The notes under the pieces are model-generated. The model was given only the letters and a program-made list of their open reading frames with translations. It did no database searches and had not been told where the DNA came from. A DNA stretch of 63,234 nt, counting the filler, from an uncultured Thermoplasmatales archaeon (lineage in GTDB: Archaea; Thermoplasmatota; E2; DHVEG-1), in assembly GCA_964517155.1 (NCBI GenBank). It is 3 parts of 3 records of this genome, joined end to end, with 100 filler letters (N's around TTAATTAATTAA, not from the genome) between each part and the next. Parts side by side here need not be neighbours in the genome. Positions count along the whole stretch, not along the records: positions 53,819 to 63,234 come from CAZFAZ010000025.1; 2 more parts are not named here. One strand, given 5' to 3'. Position numbers and translations under genes: made by a program. Positions 59,523 to 63,234 of the stretch are shown here, one piece after another (position 1 is the stretch's first letter; each line of letters opens with the position of its first letter).

Positions 59523-60671
59523 TTAAATTTGAATGCGGACAACACGGCTTAGCCTGTAGCCTATTACTATCATCATAAATTCGTTTTTTTCAAATTTTTT
59601 ATCAAGTTTTTTATCTCCCGTGTCAACTCTGATTAAAGGAGTACTTGCAAGTTTGCTGGGAGTTGATACAACAATGATATTATCCAGTCCAATTTTTTTA
59701 ATCACTTTAGAACTGAGTTGAAGATTACCTCTTCCGAGGATAAAACCTTGTGCACCTATCGGACTTAGGATTACCTTTGCTTTTGGATATTTTTCAAGTA
59801 ATTTTAGTATTTCCTCTTCATTTATATCATTTCCAACAACTTTACTGCGGTAAATTGCATCTATGCCTAGAAGTGTATTTTTAAAACCTAGTTTTTCTGC
59901 GATGTAATCAATTGTTCCACCAGAGCCGAATAAATACAAAAAATCAGAGTTTTCTTTTATTTCATCCTCTATGTGTTCTGCAAGTTCCTCTTTGACTGTA
60001 TTATCTGATACTGATTCAAAACTGGTTTTTCCAACTTGAATATATGTAGGTTCTACTATTCCTTTGGCAATACCAAAAAGTTTGATATTCCATTCACCTT
60101 TACGGTAGCGCTCTTCATCAAGATCCATGATTTCTGCATCGCCTATCATAAGATGCTTGTTTATAAACTCATGAAGCATTTTTGCTGTTGCTTCTGTGTT
60201 TATCCCAAAAACCGCGGAATGCATCTTTACACCTGAGGGAATGCCGAGTATAGGAATTTTATTTTTTACTGCAGAAAATACATCTCTTGCAGTTCCATCA
60301 CCGCCACAAAAAACAATTATATCAACTTTTTTTTGTAGAAAAATCTTACAGGCGTTTGTAGTATCTTCAGATACAGTCACATCTTTTTTTGATGTATATA
60401 CAACGTTAATGTTTTCAGCATCTGTTTTTTTAAGGATATATTCACCCATATCCTTGGAACAGGTATACCAAAAAATATCTTTTTTCCCTGAGTATTTTGA
60501 GAAAAATTCTTTTAACATATCTAAAGCTTTGTTTGGTGCAACAGCCTTGGCTCCAAGTTTTTTTGCTTTTTTAACCACGCCATCTGTTCCTTTAAGACCT
60601 ACACGGCCACCCATGCCTGCAATAGGATTTATAACAAAGCCAATTTTTATATCCATATTTATCAAAGTCAA
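59523..60671 (-). CDS. ATP-NAD kinase-like protein (COG3199)
   Basis: INPIAGMGGRVGLKGTDG, GGDGTARD, GVKMHSAVF, GRGNLQ, VDTGD. Confidence 0.9.
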   Translation of the reverse strand: MTLINMDIKIGFVINPIAGMGGRVGLKGTDGVVKKAKKLGAKAVAPNKALDMLKEFFSKYSGKKDIFWYTCSKDMGEYILKKTDAENINVVYTSKKDVTVSEDTTNACKIFLQKKVDIIVFCGGDGTARDVFSAVKNKIPILGIPSGVKMHSAVFGINTEATAKMLHEFINKHLMIGDAEIMDLDEERYRKGEWNIKLFGIAKGIVEPTYIQVGKTSFESVSDNTVKEELAEHIEDEIKENSDFLYLFGSGGTIDYIAEKLGFKNTLLGIDAIYRSKVVGNDINEEEILKLLEKYPKAKVILSPIGAQGFILGRGNLQLSSKVIKKIGLDNIIVVSTPSKLASTPLIRVDTGDKKLDKKFEKNEFMMIVIGYRLSRVVRIQI

Positions 60672-60770
60672 ATCATTGAATAAAGACTAGATATTTAAAA
60701 AAATCTCTTTAAAAAAATGTTATGAGCCGACAAAAAAACTTGTCAGCTCTTGTAATTTCGTTATATTTTT

Positions 60771-60956
60771 TTATTTCTTTTTCAAGTATGGAAGACCTGT
60801 TCTTTTATTTACTCCAACTGTGTAACCATCGGGTTTTTCACAGGGTGTTCCACTCTTAGGTGATCTTTTACTAAAGAAATATATTGTTTGGTTTCTCCCA
60901 CCTTTGAGTTTTACATCTCTTGTATAAAGTGTCCAACCATCATGTACGTATGCCAT
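60771..60956 (-). CDS. Small basic beta-rich protein, possibly Cc1-like chromatin protein
   Basis: MAYVHDGWTLYTRDVKLKGGRNQTIYFFSK...VNKRTGLPYLKKK; GGAGGT SD before ATG 60956. Confidence 0.6.
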   Translation of the reverse strand: MAYVHDGWTLYTRDVKLKGGRNQTIYFFSKRSPKSGTPCEKPDGYTVGVNKRTGLPYLKKK

Positions 60957-61026
60957 AATTTTTTTACCTCCAACAGATGAATGTTTTTTAAAGCATTTAA
61001 GGTTTTTCCCTGTTTTACTCCTGTAA

Positions 61027-61992
61027 CTAGTCTGAAATGCCACTTTGGTTGATTGTAAACACTGCTTCTCCTTCAGGTAGATGCGGTGAATCAATTAGAC
61101 GTGCTATTCTTTTAGGGCCTTTGCTTTTACGAAGATAAAGTCTAAATGTTGCAGTATGTCCTACAATATGCCCACCTATCGGTCTTGTTGGATCGCCAAA
61201 GAATGCATCTGGTTTTGATGAAACCTGGTTTGTTACACATACAACACCATTGAATAGATCACTCCAGCGTAGCAGGTCGTGCATATGTTTGTTTAGTTTC
61301 TGCTGACGATCTGCAAGAGCACCACGGCCGACATATTCTGCTCTAAAGTGAGCTGTGAGAGAATCAACTACTAGCAAGCGAGCTGGAATATCTTTTGAGA
61401 TTTCTTTTACTTTTTCAACAAGCAGCATCTGATGATTTGAATTATAGGCACGTGCAACATGAATTTTTGATAAAACCTCCTCCGGGTCAAGTTCAAGGCC
61501 TTCTGCCATCTGTTTTATACGCTCGGGTCTAAAGGTATTCTCAGTATCTATATACACAGCATGCCCCTCCATACCGCCTTTGTCTTTAGGAAGCTGTACC
61601 ATTACACAAAGTTGATGAGCAATTTGTGTTTTTCCAGATCCAAATTCTCCAAAAAGCTCAATTATGGATTGGCTTTCAAAACCACCACCAAGTAACTCAT
61701 TAAATGTGTTTGAATTAGATGAAAGATGACCTATTTGCTGTCTTTTTTCTAAAAGTTTTGCACCTGTTTCAAAACCACCTATATCTGCATGTTTACGCGC
61801 ATCAATTATTATCTTTGAAGCAACTGCTTCTCCTATCTCAGCAGCATCAGAAAGTTCAGAAGGAGAAGCCACAGCAATACTCATAACATCAGTGTATCCT
61901 GCATCTTTAAGTTTGTCTGCAGTTGCAGGTCCTACCCCTGAAAGTTTATCAATCAGGTCTTCTTCGTCTATATTATTATCTTTTTTCACCAT
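61027..61992 (-). CDS. radA: DNA repair and recombination protein RadA
   Basis: N-terminal Hh[38 protein letters not shown]. Confidence 0.97.
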   Translation of the reverse strand: MVKKDNNIDEEDLIDKLSGVGPATADKLKDAGYTDVMSIAVASPSELSDAAEIGEAVASKIIIDARKHADIGGFETGAKLLEKRQQIGHLSSNSNTFNELLGGGFESQSIIELFGEFGSGKTQIAHQLCVMVQLPKDKGGMEGHAVYIDTENTFRPERIKQMAEGLELDPEEVLSKIHVARAYNSNHQMLLVEKVKEISKDIPARLLVVDSLTAHFRAEYVGRGALADRQQKLNKHMHDLLRWSDLFNGVVCVTNQVSSKPDAFFGDPTRPIGGHIVGHTATFRLYLRKSKGPKRIARLIDSPHLPEGEAVFTINQSGISD

Positions 61993-62098
61993 GAAATGTC
62001 CCCTTGTACCCAGGTAATTAATAAATCTTTATAAAGGTGTGGTAGGGTACACTAAAACTATTATTAAACATGTACTTTATTTAGGATTTGAAAAATAA

Positions 62099-62665
62099 AT
62101 GAATGATGAGTATTATCCGTGGGGTGGTGAGTTTACCACAGGAAACCCGCAAAACTGTGTTGCCATAGTATTATTAAATACTACTTATAAACCTGTGCAT
62201 AATGTTGCTATATATGGTCCGCTTAAAACAGAAAACATTGGAATTGAAAAGATAGTTGCAAATGTTATTTCAAACCCCTATATTAGATATTTAGTTGTAT
62301 GTGGGGAAGAGATAAGAGGGCATAAATCAGGAGAATCTCTTATCTGTTTAAATAAAAATGGCGTAGATAAGACAAATAGAATAATTAACGCACCTGGTGC
62401 TATTCCCTATATAGAAAACATAGATAAACATGCGATAAAACGATTTCAAAATCAGATAAAAACAGTTGATCTAATAGGTTTAACAGACAAAGAAAAAATT
62501 GATGAAAAAATAAAAAAATGCTTAGAAAAACCACTGCCTTGTTATGGAGAGCCTCATATTGCAATAAGAATTATATCTGAAAAAGTAAAGCTTGATGACA
62601 AAAGAGCTCTTCATTCAAATATAACTATAGATTATCTTGGAAAAATAAAAAAAAGAGGTGAATAA
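62099..62665 (+). CDS. mtrA: MtrA/MtxA-like corrinoid protein without C-terminal TM anchor
   Basis: GPLKTENIGIEKIVANVISNPYIRY, EIRGHKSG, GAIPYIEN. Confidence 0.85.
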   Translation: MNDEYYPWGGEFTTGNPQNCVAIVLLNTTYKPVHNVAIYGPLKTENIGIEKIVANVISNPYIRYLVVCGEEIRGHKSGESLICLNKNGVDKTNRIINAPGAIPYIENIDKHAIKRFQNQIKTVDLIGLTDKEKIDEKIKKCLEKPLPCYGEPHIAIRIISEKVKLDDKRALHSNITIDYLGKIKKRGE

Positions 62666-62667
62666 CT

Positions 62668-63234
62668 TTGTTCTCATTTACAAAAGAGCAAAAAATAGAA
62701 GATATATCAGAAGTAAGAATAGGTGGACAACCTGGAAACTATCCGACAACGCTCTTCGGTGGATTTTTCTTCAAAGGAGAACCTGATTTTACACAGGCAA
62801 AAAAAGATTTAGATACAATGTATAACTGTTCTCAAAAAACAGGAAACCCGGCGGTTGCTGATTTTTTTATAAAAAAAGAAGAATTCATTGATGATATAAT
62901 TAAATTTATTATAAAAAATATCCCAAAAAACAAGCCCTTCTCAATTGATATAATTGAGCCGGATTTAAAAATAAAAACTCTAAAACTTTTATCTGAAAAA
63001 AACCTTCTAAAAAGAACTATTTATAACTCCATTCATATAGGAACGACTTCTGAGGAACAAGAAGCTTTGAAAAAGAACACTCCCTCTGCGGCTATACTAG
63101 TTGCTTTTAATCCTAAGGATAAATCACCTGATGGAAAAATAGAGGTTTTAGAAAATGGTGCAAACCTTTTAGATATAGGATTACTCAAGCTTACAAAACA
63201 GGTGGGAATCAAAAAGATTTTGATAGATACCGCT
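62668..63234 (+). CDS. mtrH: MtrH/MtxH-like methyltransferase, runs off the window edge
   Basis: TTG start after GAGGTGA; MFSFTKEQK...IGGQPGNYPT...IYNSI...ILIDT. Confidence 0.85.
   Translation, partial: MFSFTKEQKIEDISEVRIGGQPGNYPTTLFGGFFFKGEPDFTQAKKDLDTMYNCSQKTGNPAVADFFIKKEEFIDDIIKFIIKNIPKNKPFSIDIIEPDLKIKTLKLLSEKNLLKRTIYNSIHIGTTSEEQEALKKNTPSAAILVAFNPKDKSPDGKIEVLENGANLLDIGLLKLTKQVGIKKILIDTA

Overview
AT-rich archaeal DNA (TFB, RadA, fibrillarin, aNAC, archaeal-type ThrRS, PGF-CTERM protein). The gene mix, including an mtrA-mtrH pair and clan-CD peptidase-like surface proteins, suggests a sediment Thermoplasmatota lineage (inference). Two N-runs each contain the artificial spacer TTAATTAATTAA, so the window is three contigs (1-22877, 22978-53718, 53819-63234) whose adjacency is unproven. 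Contig 1 has a LuxE-like ligase / transglutaminase-like / Nramp-like operon, an ABC exporter with an S-layer-like gene, nac, and a ~12 kb defence-type island (TPR protein, type IIG-like RM enzyme, HARE-HTH-Mrr, UvrD-nuclease, AlbA_2-HATPase-HTH). The island junctions hold gene stubs, a degenerate 34-bp array and three diverged copies of an unannotated Cys-rich micro-ORF. Contig 2 is mostly housekeeping and ends in IS sequence at both ends. Contig 3 starts with a giant acidic protein carrying two degenerate Hint domains apparently nested in a split PKD domain, then msrA, msrB, radA and mtrA-mtrH. The best candidates for an undescribed system are the micro-ORF-punctuated defence array, the LuxE/transglutaminase operon with a rearranged catalytic triad, and the tandem-Hint protein. 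All family assignments are by motif recognition; no searches were run.
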